Shown: positions 56,313 through 64,000 of the stretch, piece by piece
How positions within the stretch are numbered: position 1 is the stretch's first letter
How the letters are laid out: every line of letters begins with the position of its first letter
Source: a virus
Virus record (IMG/VR): IMGVR_UViG_3300006736_000004
Location: 1 to 64,000 of that record
Length of the DNA: 64,000 nucleotides
Reading direction: 5' to 3' (one strand)
Notes under the pieces: generated by a model
The model's input: the letters and a program-made list of their open reading frames with translations, nothing else
Database searches by the model: none
Told to the model about the DNA's origin: nothing
Translations under genes and position numbers: made by a program

Positions 56313-56475
56313 ATGAAGTTGGAGCATAAGAAACTCCCCATGAGCGGTTGGCCGCTCCCGTCTAAGCGGCGTTTTCATGTCTTAAAGCGCGGGGAGCGGC
56401 AAGCAGTAATGCCCCGGCCCTTCCTCATGGTGGGTTCTTACTCCCCGCTGCTTTACTCCATTAAGGGGACATGAG

Positions 56476-57216
56476 ATGACCGAATATCTAGCCATAAAAA
56501 ATTGGTCCGAATATCAGCACTACAAGGACAGGAATCCACCTTGGATTAAGCTCCATGTGAGTATCCTTGCTAGCGAAGATTGGACAATGCTAGCGGATGC
56601 TAGCAAGTTAACCATGATAGCTTGCATGGTAGTAGCAAGTAGAAAAAGTGGTGTGATTCCTAATAACCCAAGTTACATCAAAAGAGTGGCCTACTTAGAC
56701 GAACTGCCAGACCTAGAACCCTTGATTTCCTGCGGTTTTCTCATAAAACTGCAAGCGGATGCTAGCACTTGCAAGCAAGAGCAAGCAACTGTCAGACCAG
56801 AGTCATATAGAGATATAGATAAAGATAAGAAAGATATAGATCATTTTGAAGTTTTTTGGAAAGTCTACCCAAGGAAAATCTCTAAAGGTAAAGCGAGGGA
56901 ATCTTACCAATCTGCTATTGCCAAGACTTCTCCTGAGAGGTTGTTATCTGGTGCGCGGCGATATGCGTCGGAGCGGAGCGGGGAAGACCAAAAGTTTTCC
57001 AAGCACCCGACAACGTGGCTCAATCAGGAATGCTGGTTAGAAGAAGGCTCTGAACCGGAGGAACCTCCCTACCTCACAATTGAAGAGCGTGTGCGGCGAC
57101 AAGATATAGAATTTGCAGAGCGGAAAAAATTTGATGATGCACTATGGGAGCAGTTGCAAGCCAACAAGGCCAAGGAGGAAGCTGATGAGCAAGAAGCAGA
57201 TGCGCCAGCCTTCTGA
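56476..57216 (+). CDS. Phage replication initiator (O-like)
   Basis: IKNWSEYQHYKDRNPPWIKLH and FEVFWKVYPRK..K...HPTTWLNQECW motifs. Confidence 0.8.
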   Translation: MTEYLAIKNWSEYQHYKDRNPPWIKLHVSILASEDWTMLADASKLTMIACMVVASRKSGVIPNNPSYIKRVAYLDELPDLEPLISCGFLIKLQADASTCKQEQATVRPESYRDIDKDKKDIDHFEVFWKVYPRKISKGKARESYQSAIAKTSPERLLSGARRYASERSGEDQKFSKHPTTWLNQECWLEEGSEPEEPPYLTIEERVRRQDIEFAERKKFDDALWEQLQANKAKEEADEQEADAPAF

Positions 57217-57387
57217 GTTGGCCGTGATCTTGAATGTGGTGCAACGGTACTGGGAGAAGAACCCAGAGTTGCGGTTGGCTCAACTTATTTGTAACGCCAG
57301 AGTGCATAACTCTGATGATCCTTATCCGTATTTGTATTTTATGGAAGATGCCGACCTTGTTGACGCCTTGAAAGAGATGGGGGATTT

Positions 57388-57876
57388 ATGAGCGAGAAAG
57401 CAGACAAGATTCGTGAGGAAGCTGAGAGCCGTGGGGCTACACAGGAAACCGCTTCTAAATTAAGGTACGATGTTCTGCTACGATTACATGAAAGAAAAAA
57501 GATAACGCCTGAACAATTTGGTGCCGGTCTTGAGATTCAAAACATTTGGGAGGCTATGTGTCGAGGATTGTTTCCCGGCGGCAGGGATTTCTGCCAAGTG
57601 AGGGTTGATGAAAGTTTCGGTACGTTTTTAGATCCGCTTGACCGAATGACTATCGCAGAGGAGGATTGCTGGCGGTTTCATTATCGCCCTTGGAAGGATG
57701 CTGTGAGTAAAATTAGGGTTTCCGGTACGAGTTTGCTGGACATCGTGCTAATGATTGTGATAGATAACTACTCACCGCGAGAGGTTGAGACACAAATCAA
57801 GGCAAGGCATGGTTCAGCGTTGCATCATGTGCAAGCTGGTTTACAAAGTTACGTTGAATTTGCAATTGCCTGTTGA
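57388..57876 (+). CDS. Hypothetical protein, possible late transcription regulator
   Basis: L.RL..RKKIT.EQ..AG motif and C-terminal helical region. Confidence 0.5.
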   Translation: MSEKADKIREEAESRGATQETASKLRYDVLLRLHERKKITPEQFGAGLEIQNIWEAMCRGLFPGGRDFCQVRVDESFGTFLDPLDRMTIAEEDCWRFHYRPWKDAVSKIRVSGTSLLDIVLMIVIDNYSPREVETQIKARHGSALHHVQAGLQSYVEFAIAC

Positions 57877-57901
57877 CAGGGGACAAAAAGAATGGCATAT
57901 T
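57873..57901 (+). promoter_or_regulatory. Sigma70-like promoter
   Basis: TTGACA-17 nt-CATATT upstream of 57944. Confidence 0.55.
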
Positions 57902-57943
57902 CTCCACACTGCACGAATACCCCTAACTCTTGGGGGATTTTCC

Positions 57944-58273
57944 ATGTACGATAATTTTAAGGTCAGCCGGTCAGAGCTTTTTAACAATCTGGGCGACTCA
58001 TCTTTACGTGCTGCTAAAGAGGTGATCCTCTGGAGAGCGGTTATTTATAACGCTTTCGAGGAAGCCGCGCATAGGGGTTCGTCCAACAGCGAACACGGGG
58101 TGCGTTGGAAGGTGTACAGCCGACAAGCGAGGGTTTGGTTGACCGGGCTTAGTGAAGATTTTTGTGCTGTTTGCGAGTATGCTGATTACTCGCCAGATTA
58201 TATCCGACGTAAAGCGAGAGAGATGGAAGCGCGGGGTTGGCCTCGTCCTGATTACCATCCTCAATACACATGA
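57944..58273 (+). CDS. Hypothetical protein, paralog 1
   Basis: LWRAVI..AF.EA and DF.AVCEYADY.P..R.KA.EM.A.GWPR motifs. Confidence 0.65.
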   Translation: MYDNFKVSRSELFNNLGDSSLRAAKEVILWRAVIYNAFEEAAHRGSSNSEHGVRWKVYSRQARVWLTGLSEDFCAVCEYADYSPDYIRRKAREMEARGWPRPDYHPQYT

Positions 58274-58608
58274 TTCAGCTATCTAATCCATCTTTAAGGG
58301 CTAGCGACGAGGATACGTTTACCGTTGGCACCGCTGAGAAGGCTCTTTTTCGGGCCGTGATTCTCCGCGCCTTTGCTGACGCTGTTGGGTATGTCACCGA
58401 CGTTGACTTGGATCGCGGGGGGCTGAAGCGCACTAGGACTCGCATGATGCTTGCTGGGCGGTCTTTCCTGCTAAACGGTTCGCATGATTTTAGCACGGTT
58501 TGTGAGTACGCTGATTATGAGCCGGGGCTTGTGAGATCAAAGGCTGAAGAAATGCAAGCCGCTGGCTGGCCTAGAGAAATGGTGCCTACGAGGCGGTCAA
58601 CAAAATAA
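58270..58608 (+). CDS. Hypothetical protein, paralog 2
   Basis: LFRAVI..AF.DA and DFSTVCEYADY.P..RSKA.EM.A.GWPR motifs. Confidence 0.65.
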   Translation: MIQLSNPSLRASDEDTFTVGTAEKALFRAVILRAFADAVGYVTDVDLDRGGLKRTRTRMMLAGRSFLLNGSHDFSTVCEYADYEPGLVRSKAEEMQAAGWPREMVPTRRSTK

Positions 58609-58654
58609 TTCGTTCACGTTCTGTTCCTTCAAGGACAGTAAGCCGGGGTGACAG

Positions 58655-58690
58655 CAGGGTTTAACCTACTGCCCCCGGTTTGGGTTTATG
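58655..58690. repeat. 36-bp direct repeat (second copy at 59769-59804)
   Basis: cagggtttaacc(ta/cg)ctgcccccggtttgggtttatg, 34/36 identical. Confidence 0.85.
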
Positions 58691-58892
58691 CATCCATTCG
58701 ACTGTGATGGGCAATCTCATCAAGGTAGACTTCAGCCCATCCCATGAACTGCCAGAAATCCAAGGTGCGGTTATAATCAGAGCTTGGATCACCATATCGC
58801 TCCACCGTACCATCCTTGCGGATTCGGATGGAGCAACTACCTTCGCCATGGCGCAGATAATTGCGGATCATCTTTTTATCTTTTGTAGTCAT
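58686..58892 (-). CDS. Small early protein
   Basis: MTTKDKK start behind an AGGAGG RBS. Confidence 0.6.
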   Translation of the reverse strand: MTTKDKKMIRNYLRHGEGSCSIRIRKDGTVERYGDPSSDYNRTLDFWQFMGWAEVYLDEIAHHSRMDA

Positions 58893-58971
58893 AACAATTC
58901 CTCCTATCAATGAAGGGTGCCTATCACCACTTCGACCTGCTGAATCGTGGGGACTCAGCAAGCCGAAAGGG

Positions 58972-59067
58972 TTAAGTTGTTGCGATAAAATACGCTAGGG
59001 GGATTCCCCAACAAACCGCCCAGAAATAAAAGGCCACTGCGATTGATTCTGCGATGAATCTAATCAT
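58972..59067 (-). CDS. 31-aa membrane micropeptide, copy A
   Basis: MIRFIAESIAVAFYFWAVCWGIPLAYFIATT behind a GGAGG RBS, not in the ORF track. Confidence 0.75.
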   Translation of the reverse strand: MIRFIAESIAVAFYFWAVCWGIPLAYFIATT

Positions 59068-59353
59068 GTTTCCTCCAAATAGGCTGAACCGACACGCCAT
59101 GCCGCACAACCTTTTAGGCCGGTTACTGGATTATGTTGGTAATGAGCATTATCACGTTCCCTCGCGTCTGCATGGTTGCCATTCTTGCGAGTGTATGAAT
59201 GCAAACGGGTTTGCTCACGTTTCTGGATGGCAGCTTCTGCGGTCTGGGCTAAGACCGTAACGAAATTGTGAGTTTTAAATTCATCATAGCTATGGTTGAG
59301 ATCGTAGCATGCTGTTAAATATCTGTGCATAATTTTCTCCATGTGAAAGGGGT

Positions 59354-59752
59354 TTATTCGGTAGCTTTGGCGATGGCGGTTTGGGTTTGGGTGATGATGG
59401 TTTTCATCCATTCGCCGTGGGTTTGCCGCAGGGTTTCCGTGTGCTTGGTATTTTCGCCGCGCATGAATTGCTCAACTGCACGGGATAGCGTTGGCAGGCC
59501 ATCCAAGACATGTTGTGCGACCAAAAGCATTTCCGGTGCCGCCGCAATCAGCTTTGCGTTGGCTTTGGCATTGGCGATCATTGCGGCGTGGCCGGTAATG
59601 CGACAAACCGTATTGCCGTAGTTGGGGCCAATATTCCACGCATCCGTTTGATAATCGTCTTCGGCATGATGCCACGGTCCCGGCGTATGCTTGGCCGGTT
59701 CATGGTATTTAATAAAGCCGTCTGTAAATCTGCCGATAAGTTTATCAGTCAT
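59354..59752 (-). CDS. Conserved phage protein (KHTPGPW...ANAKLIAAAPE family)
   Basis: Hallmark motifs and AGGAGA RBS. Confidence 0.75.
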   Translation of the reverse strand: MTDKLIGRFTDGFIKYHEPAKHTPGPWHHAEDDYQTDAWNIGPNYGNTVCRITGHAAMIANAKANAKLIAAAPEMLLVAQHVLDGLPTLSRAVEQFMRGENTKHTETLRQTHGEWMKTIITQTQTAIAKATE

Positions 59753-59799
59753 AACTATTTTCTCCTATCAGGGTTTAACCCGCTGCCCCCGGTTTGGGT

Positions 59800-59976
59800 T
59801 TATGTAGTGGCTTTGATTGCTAAGTGAATATCTTCCATATCCACCCACATTGCGGCCATAATTGTACCACAAGCTTCTGTGATATTCTCACTGCAATGTT
59901 TTGCGGGCTGGCGAACAATAAGTCGGGCTACGTTGAGCGGCATAGTGCCAAACTCGTATAATTTTTCTGTAGTCAT
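59800..59976 (-). CDS. Small early protein
   Basis: MTTEKLY start behind an AAGGAG RBS. Confidence 0.55.
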   Translation of the reverse strand: MTTEKLYEFGTMPLNVARLIVRQPAKHCSENITEACGTIMAAMWVDMEDIHLAIKATT

Positions 59977-60053
59977 GTCATTTCTCCTTTGTTTGAAGGG
60001 CATTATCACCACTTCGCATTGCACCAGCGGCGAACTGGTGCAAGCCGAAAGGG

Positions 60054-60149
60054 TTACGTTGTGGCGATAAAATAAGCCAACGGTATCCCCCAGCACACCA
60101 TCCAAAAATAGATGGCAACTGCTAGGGATTCAGCGATAAAGCGTATCAT
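60054..60149 (-). CDS. 31-aa membrane micropeptide, copy B
   Basis: MIRFIAESLAVAIYFWMVCWGIPLAYFIATT behind an AGGAGA RBS, mostly synonymous differences from copy A. Confidence 0.75.
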   Translation of the reverse strand: MIRFIAESLAVAIYFWMVCWGIPLAYFIATT

Positions 60150-60164
60150 GTTTTCTCCTATGTG

Positions 60165-60857
60165 TTAAGTGGTTCTTTCGTGCTGTTCACGAAGGTGCTG
60201 TAGATAATTAAAGGCCGTTTGGTAATCGCCTTCAGTGGCGTCCTTGCGTTGTACGGATTCAGCAAAGGTATTGTAGTTATCCCATTCGTCAAAGTCAGGG
60301 TCATTTGCTGAAATAGTGGCGGCGTATTGCACTAATTCCATTACGATTTGCTTCATGTTGATTTCTCCTATGCGTAAAGATCAACCTTTTTGACCGGCGC
60401 ATATATTTCGGTAACGGTAAACTCCGCGCCGGTCTTTTCGATTGATAGGGTTGCAAGCCTTTTTTCTGGTAGACGATTCAACCAATCCCGCAAGGCTATA
60501 GCATCGGGAAAGACTCTCGTTGGTGTAATAAGCATATTCATTTCCTCCGCAGCCACATTAGGCATTGAAGGATTAACAACGGGTTAACCCGCTTCATGTT
60601 GCACCGGGTTCCAAGCGGTGCAAAGTGAAAGGGGTTTAGCGTAGAAGCCTTTGAGCGTGATGGGCTTTCACCAAGGCATGATCTAAGGCGGCTTTATCGG
60701 CGGCGTAAATAGCTTCGCCGCCCTCGCCATAGTGGTTGGCATCGTCCTTTGACCCATAGCGTTCAACGTAAGCAACAATGTTGCCGCCGTGACTGTCGAA
60801 CCAATCACGCTGGCTGTAGAAGTGGTTAAGCCAAAAGACGGCTTGTTTTTTAGTCAT
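60165..60857 (-). CDS. Three small early genes (60165-60356, 60368-~60540, 60636-60857)
   Basis: Tandem minus-strand ORFs with purine-rich leaders. Confidence 0.55.
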
Positions 60858-61102
60858 ATCAACTCGCTTTCAGAAGTGGGGAATCCACTTCAAAATGCAC
60901 CGTTTAAACGATGCATCCTGAAAGGGATTAGACGTTACGCATTCTCTCCAATGCCTTCGCAGCATCAGGGGTTGAGCGTAACGCAGCTAGCATTGCGTCA
61001 ATGATTTCGGTAATCGTGCGTTTTTTCATAGTGTCTCGCTTTCAGAAACGGCTAATCCGTTTCCGCGATAGCCGCTCCTTAACGGCTATCTAGGAAAGGG
61101 GT

Positions 61103-61678
61103 TTAAGCGGCGAGTTTCTTAGGGTTAATCCAATCGGGTTTTTCCGTTGTTAGGATTGACCGCATAGGCATAACAACCGTGAATACATCATGGTCATTGT
61201 TGTAGCCCACCCAATGCGGTGAGCTTGCATCATTGCCGGTAATGAGAATGGCTGATTTACCAAGGATTTTGGCGGTTGTTGCGATTCTGGTAAGGATGGC
61301 CTCACCGAAGGCGGCATTTGAAGCGGTGCCGATTTCATCCGGCAATACTCTACGCCAATCGGGAAAAGTACCATCAATGGCTTTGCATGGTTCAATATGC
61401 AGAACGGCGTCATATTCACCATTGACTTGCAACTGGTCATTTTCGATCACTACGTTGGTTGCGGTCTTTTTCTTCATGGCGGTAATGGCTTTTTTAGATA
61501 CCGGATAAATGCCTGATTCGTTGTCGGCAGTTGCGTCATATCCGGCGGTGAGCATATGCCCGTCCGTTGCAACTGCTACACTCCCCTCAAAATAAACACC
61601 GCAAAGGTAATAGCGGGTTTCTTCGATTCCTTGAGCAATCGCAACGGCGGCTAGTTTTTGTGCATCAAATGTTATCAC
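61103..61678 (-). CDS. Truncated DNA polymerase III beta-clamp-like protein
   Basis: ETRYYLCGVYF, VATDGH.L and IDGTFPDWRRVLP motifs, GTG start behind AGGAGA. Confidence 0.75.
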   Translation of the reverse strand: MITFDAQKLAAVAIAQGIEETRYYLCGVYFEGSVAVATDGHMLTAGYDATADNESGIYPVSKKAITAMKKKTATNVVIENDQLQVNGEYDAVLHIEPCKAIDGTFPDWRRVLPDEIGTASNAAFGEAILTRIATTAKILGKSAILITGNDASSPHWVGYNNDHDVFTVVMPMRSILTTEKPDWINPKKLAA

Positions 61679-61756
61679 GGTTTTTCTCCTATGGTTGGTG
61701 GTTGGGGTAATTTCAAAGCCTTTTGAAGTGTCCACCTGTTAAAGTGGACAAGTTGA

Positions 61757-61987
61757 TTAGGTGAGATTGTCGAGAAATGATTGCGGCACCTCTTTTGCAT
61801 TGGCACCGTCAAGCCATTGGTTGATATGTTTGGAAGTGGTAACAGAGTATTTTTGTTCCGTTCGCACGAATCCTGAACCGTCATTCATGCAAGCGGCCAC
61901 GGGTGTTTTGTAGGAAAAGAAAACGGTTGTTCCGTTGGATAGCTCTATCTCGTTTTTGTTTGCGCCTAATGGGTTCAATTTTACCAT
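61757..61987 (-). CDS. Small early protein (FSYKTPVA..YSVTTSKHIN.W family)
   Basis: Common phage motif, GGAGG RBS. Confidence 0.7.
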   Translation of the reverse strand: MVKLNPLGANKNEIELSNGTTVFFSYKTPVAACMNDGSGFVRTEQKYSVTTSKHINQWLDGANAKEVPQSFLDNLT

Positions 61988-62077
61988 GGTTGATTCCTCC
62001 GAATATGGCGAACACATCAAAGGGCTTTGAATGGGACTCCTTAACAGTGCCAAGCCGTTAAGCTTGACACCTTGGTT

Positions 62078-62452
62078 TTAGTAGCCACGGGTTATAATGG
62101 TTTCTTTTTTCGCAATGGCAGAGGCGAAGGCGTTAACCATTTGAGCCTCGCCGCCTCGTTCATGTAATTTTACATAGCATACCCAATTACCAGCGAAAGC
62201 ATTAGGCTTGCCGGGTTTCGCCTCGACTTGCTGATAATTAAGGCCAAGGCGGGTTTGTGTATTTTCGCCAGCAATCAGGTCTTTAAGGCGGGATAGAACG
62301 GAATCAATAAACTCTTGCGAGCCTTCGATTCTGACACCATCCGCGCCATACGTTGAACCAGAATGTTTATATGGGATAACGTCCTGATTGACCGGCTGGT
62401 TCTCTTGTAGGCCCTGCCAATGGTTTAGTGCTTGTGATTTTGACATACGCAT
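62078..62452 (-). CDS. Hypothetical early protein
   Basis: AAGGAG RBS, enclosed by inverted-repeat pair 2. Confidence 0.65.
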   Translation of the reverse strand: MRMSKSQALNHWQGLQENQPVNQDVIPYKHSGSTYGADGVRIEGSQEFIDSVLSRLKDLIAGENTQTRLGLNYQQVEAKPGKPNAFAGNWVCYVKLHERGGEAQMVNAFASAIAKKETIITRGY

Positions 62453-62544
62453 AACATTTTACTCCTTTCACAGATTGACACTGTAAAAGAGTCCCTTGCT
62501 ACTCATGCTCTTCAATGTGACAAGCCTAAGCCTGTCACTATGGT

Positions 62545-62727
62545 TTACAGCAATTCGCCCTTGCCGTTAAAATATGGTCCAGATACGTAGGCTTGTACTG
62601 CCCAGCCCCTACCATAAGATATTACACGCCAATTGGGGAATCCTTTGCCGTATTTTGCCCCATGATCTCGTGCGTCGTTGAAATCATGGAAGTAGGCAAC
62701 GTCTTTATATTCCTTGAATTTCGCCAT
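62545..62727 (-). CDS. Hypothetical early protein
   Basis: Enclosed by inverted-repeat pair 3. Confidence 0.6.
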   Translation of the reverse strand: MAKFKEYKDVAYFHDFNDARDHGAKYGKGFPNWRVISYGRGWAVQAYVSGPYFNGKGELL

Positions 62728-62826
62728 AATATTACCCTTTCAATGTTTTAAGGTTGCCACATTGAAAAGCATGAGTTTTCTCATATCCTTAGAAGTGACA
62801 AACCGTCTAAGGTTCGCCACTGTTAG

Positions 62827-63174
62827 TCAAGAAAACCGCTTTGAGATATTATCACGGATACCCTTGTTAATACCTTCGTCGAAGGCTTCCCATAGTTCTT
62901 CCGAATTTTCCGCTTCGTTGAAATCGTGGGCAGTAAACTCGAATGGCGTAAATTGCCTATCGTTTTCTTCCGAATCATACGCCATCAATTCCATTGCCTC
63001 AATTTGATCTTCTTCCGATTCGATAGTGCCTACGCCAACCCAATCTATATGTTTGGGAAGCTCATAGCCAATTTCAGGTATATCAATCCAAGACGCTATA
63101 TTGAATCCACGATTGAAACCCATTTCGGAAGCCTCGTTGACGTCGATGGTTACGAGATTATCTATTGCAAACAT
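62827..63174 (-). CDS. Highly acidic early protein
   Basis: Asp/Glu-rich 115 aa, enclosed by inverted-repeat pair 4. Confidence 0.65.
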   Translation of the reverse strand: MFAIDNLVTIDVNEASEMGFNRGFNIASWIDIPEIGYELPKHIDWVGVGTIESEEDQIEAMELMAYDSEENDRQFTPFEFTAHDFNEAENSEELWEAFDEGINKGIRDNISKRFS

Positions 63175-63257
63175 AACATTTCCCCTTTGTTGCAGATTGT
63201 CACATCAAAGGATATGAGTTGAACACTACTCTTTAAACGTGGCGAATCAATTAGGGG

Positions 63258-63440
63258 TTAATCGAAATCCACAACATCGTCATAGGTATCGTAATTGGAA
63301 TCGGTGAAGATTTCGGGGCGGTATCCTTTGAGCTTTTCCTTTTCACATTGTTTGCAAACATAGGCCACAAATATACCTCTTGCATCGTGTACGGCATTAG
63401 GCCATTCGCCAGAGCCGCAGGGGCATTCTCGTAAGGTCAT
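63258..63440 (-). CDS. Small Zn-binding protein (CPCGSG..DARGI..CxxC)
   Basis: Cys motifs. Confidence 0.65.
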   Translation of the reverse strand: MTLRECPCGSGEWPNAVHDARGIFVAYVCKQCEKEKLKGYRPEIFTDSNYDTYDDVVDFD

Positions 63441-63646
63441 AGGCCAATCCTCATTACCTTGAATTTATTGTATGTATGGTTACGGTGGATTTGAGCGGTA
63501 TCTTGTTTCCCCGTGCCACGGCAAGAATAACAGGTGCCGGATTTACGAGGTTTACCGTTAACAGTACCGCCAAACGAATAAACACCAGTGCCACGGCATT
63601 TTACACATTCACCGGGCTTGCTGTTAGGTTGTGACATATCATACAT
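63437..63646 (-). CDS. DnaJ-type zinc-finger protein
   Basis: Two CxxCxGxG motifs. Confidence 0.65.
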   Translation of the reverse strand: MYDMSQPNSKPGECVKCRGTGVYSFGGTVNGKPRKSGTCYSCRGTGKQDTAQIHRNHTYNKFKVMRIGL

Positions 63647-64000
63647 GGTAAAGCCTTTCGGATTCGCCACATTAAAAGAGTAGTGCCGGAAACCGCACAT
63701 AACTAACACGGCGCGATTCCCTGCCCTTGGCCGCCGTAGTGGCCGCCCGTAAATGCAGTTCCTAATTCAATAGATCAAAACCGCCACATAAAACGCAGTG
63801 GCGTCTCCCAGCAAAGGCGCGAAAATGAGCCAAGGGGTAGCACTCTAATTCGGGGGGAAATGATATTCCTCATCGAACGTACATGATGGCAGCTAAGGCC
63901 AAAATTCCGCGACGAATCGCGAACAAGATGATTATGCACAGATAATCAACAGAATGTATATAGCTAATATCAAGATATACCCTTTATTTTCCCGCATTCC

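Noticed and set aside
61712-63685. Integron attC cassette array
   Set aside because: No GTTRRRY/RYYYAAC cores at the expected positions and no integrase in the window. The G-U pairing pattern fits RNA better.
1-64000. tRNA, rRNA, reverse transcriptase (DGR/retron) or integrase genes
   Set aside because: No cloverleaf with a T-loop consensus, no YxDD RT and no tyrosine or serine recombinase motifs recognised by eye. A tRNAscan-SE/HMM run would confirm.

Overview
The window is all bacteriophage DNA, probably from an alphaproteobacterial host (GcrA-like gene, GTTC-N7-GTTC LexA-type boxes). It appears to join two different phage genomes somewhere between about 32.8 and 33.5 kb. The left part (1 to ~33.4 kb, GC-rich) is a siphovirus packaging and morphogenesis region: a PAPS-reductase/glycosyltransferase/ParB module, terminases, portal, a MuF head protein with a C-terminal HEXXH domain, scaffold, a P22-type coat protein, a cluster of glycan-building and glycan-decorating enzymes inside the head operon, and tail genes with a chaperone frameshift. 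Three counter-oriented islands interrupt it, each behind the same promoter motif. The right part (~33.5 to 64 kb, lower GC) is a P22-like podovirus: adaptor, gp10-like hub, ejection proteins, tail fibre, lysis genes, recombination and replication genes, and a minus-strand early region of small genes. Main finds: (1) a nuclease-free Nop/IS110-related protein (46980-47798) followed directly by an exactly 18-nt-periodic array of alternating repeats and unique 8-9 nt spacers, matching a TIGR-Tas (TasA-like) RNA-guided architecture; (2) a chain of gene-specific long-range inverted repeats enclosing each early cistron (61.7-63.7 kb), plus a covarying hairpin family; (3) an unannotated 31-34 aa membrane peptide present three times, in both genome halves; (4) a probable virion glycosylation pathway. 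All protein calls come from motif recognition by eye, with no database searches.
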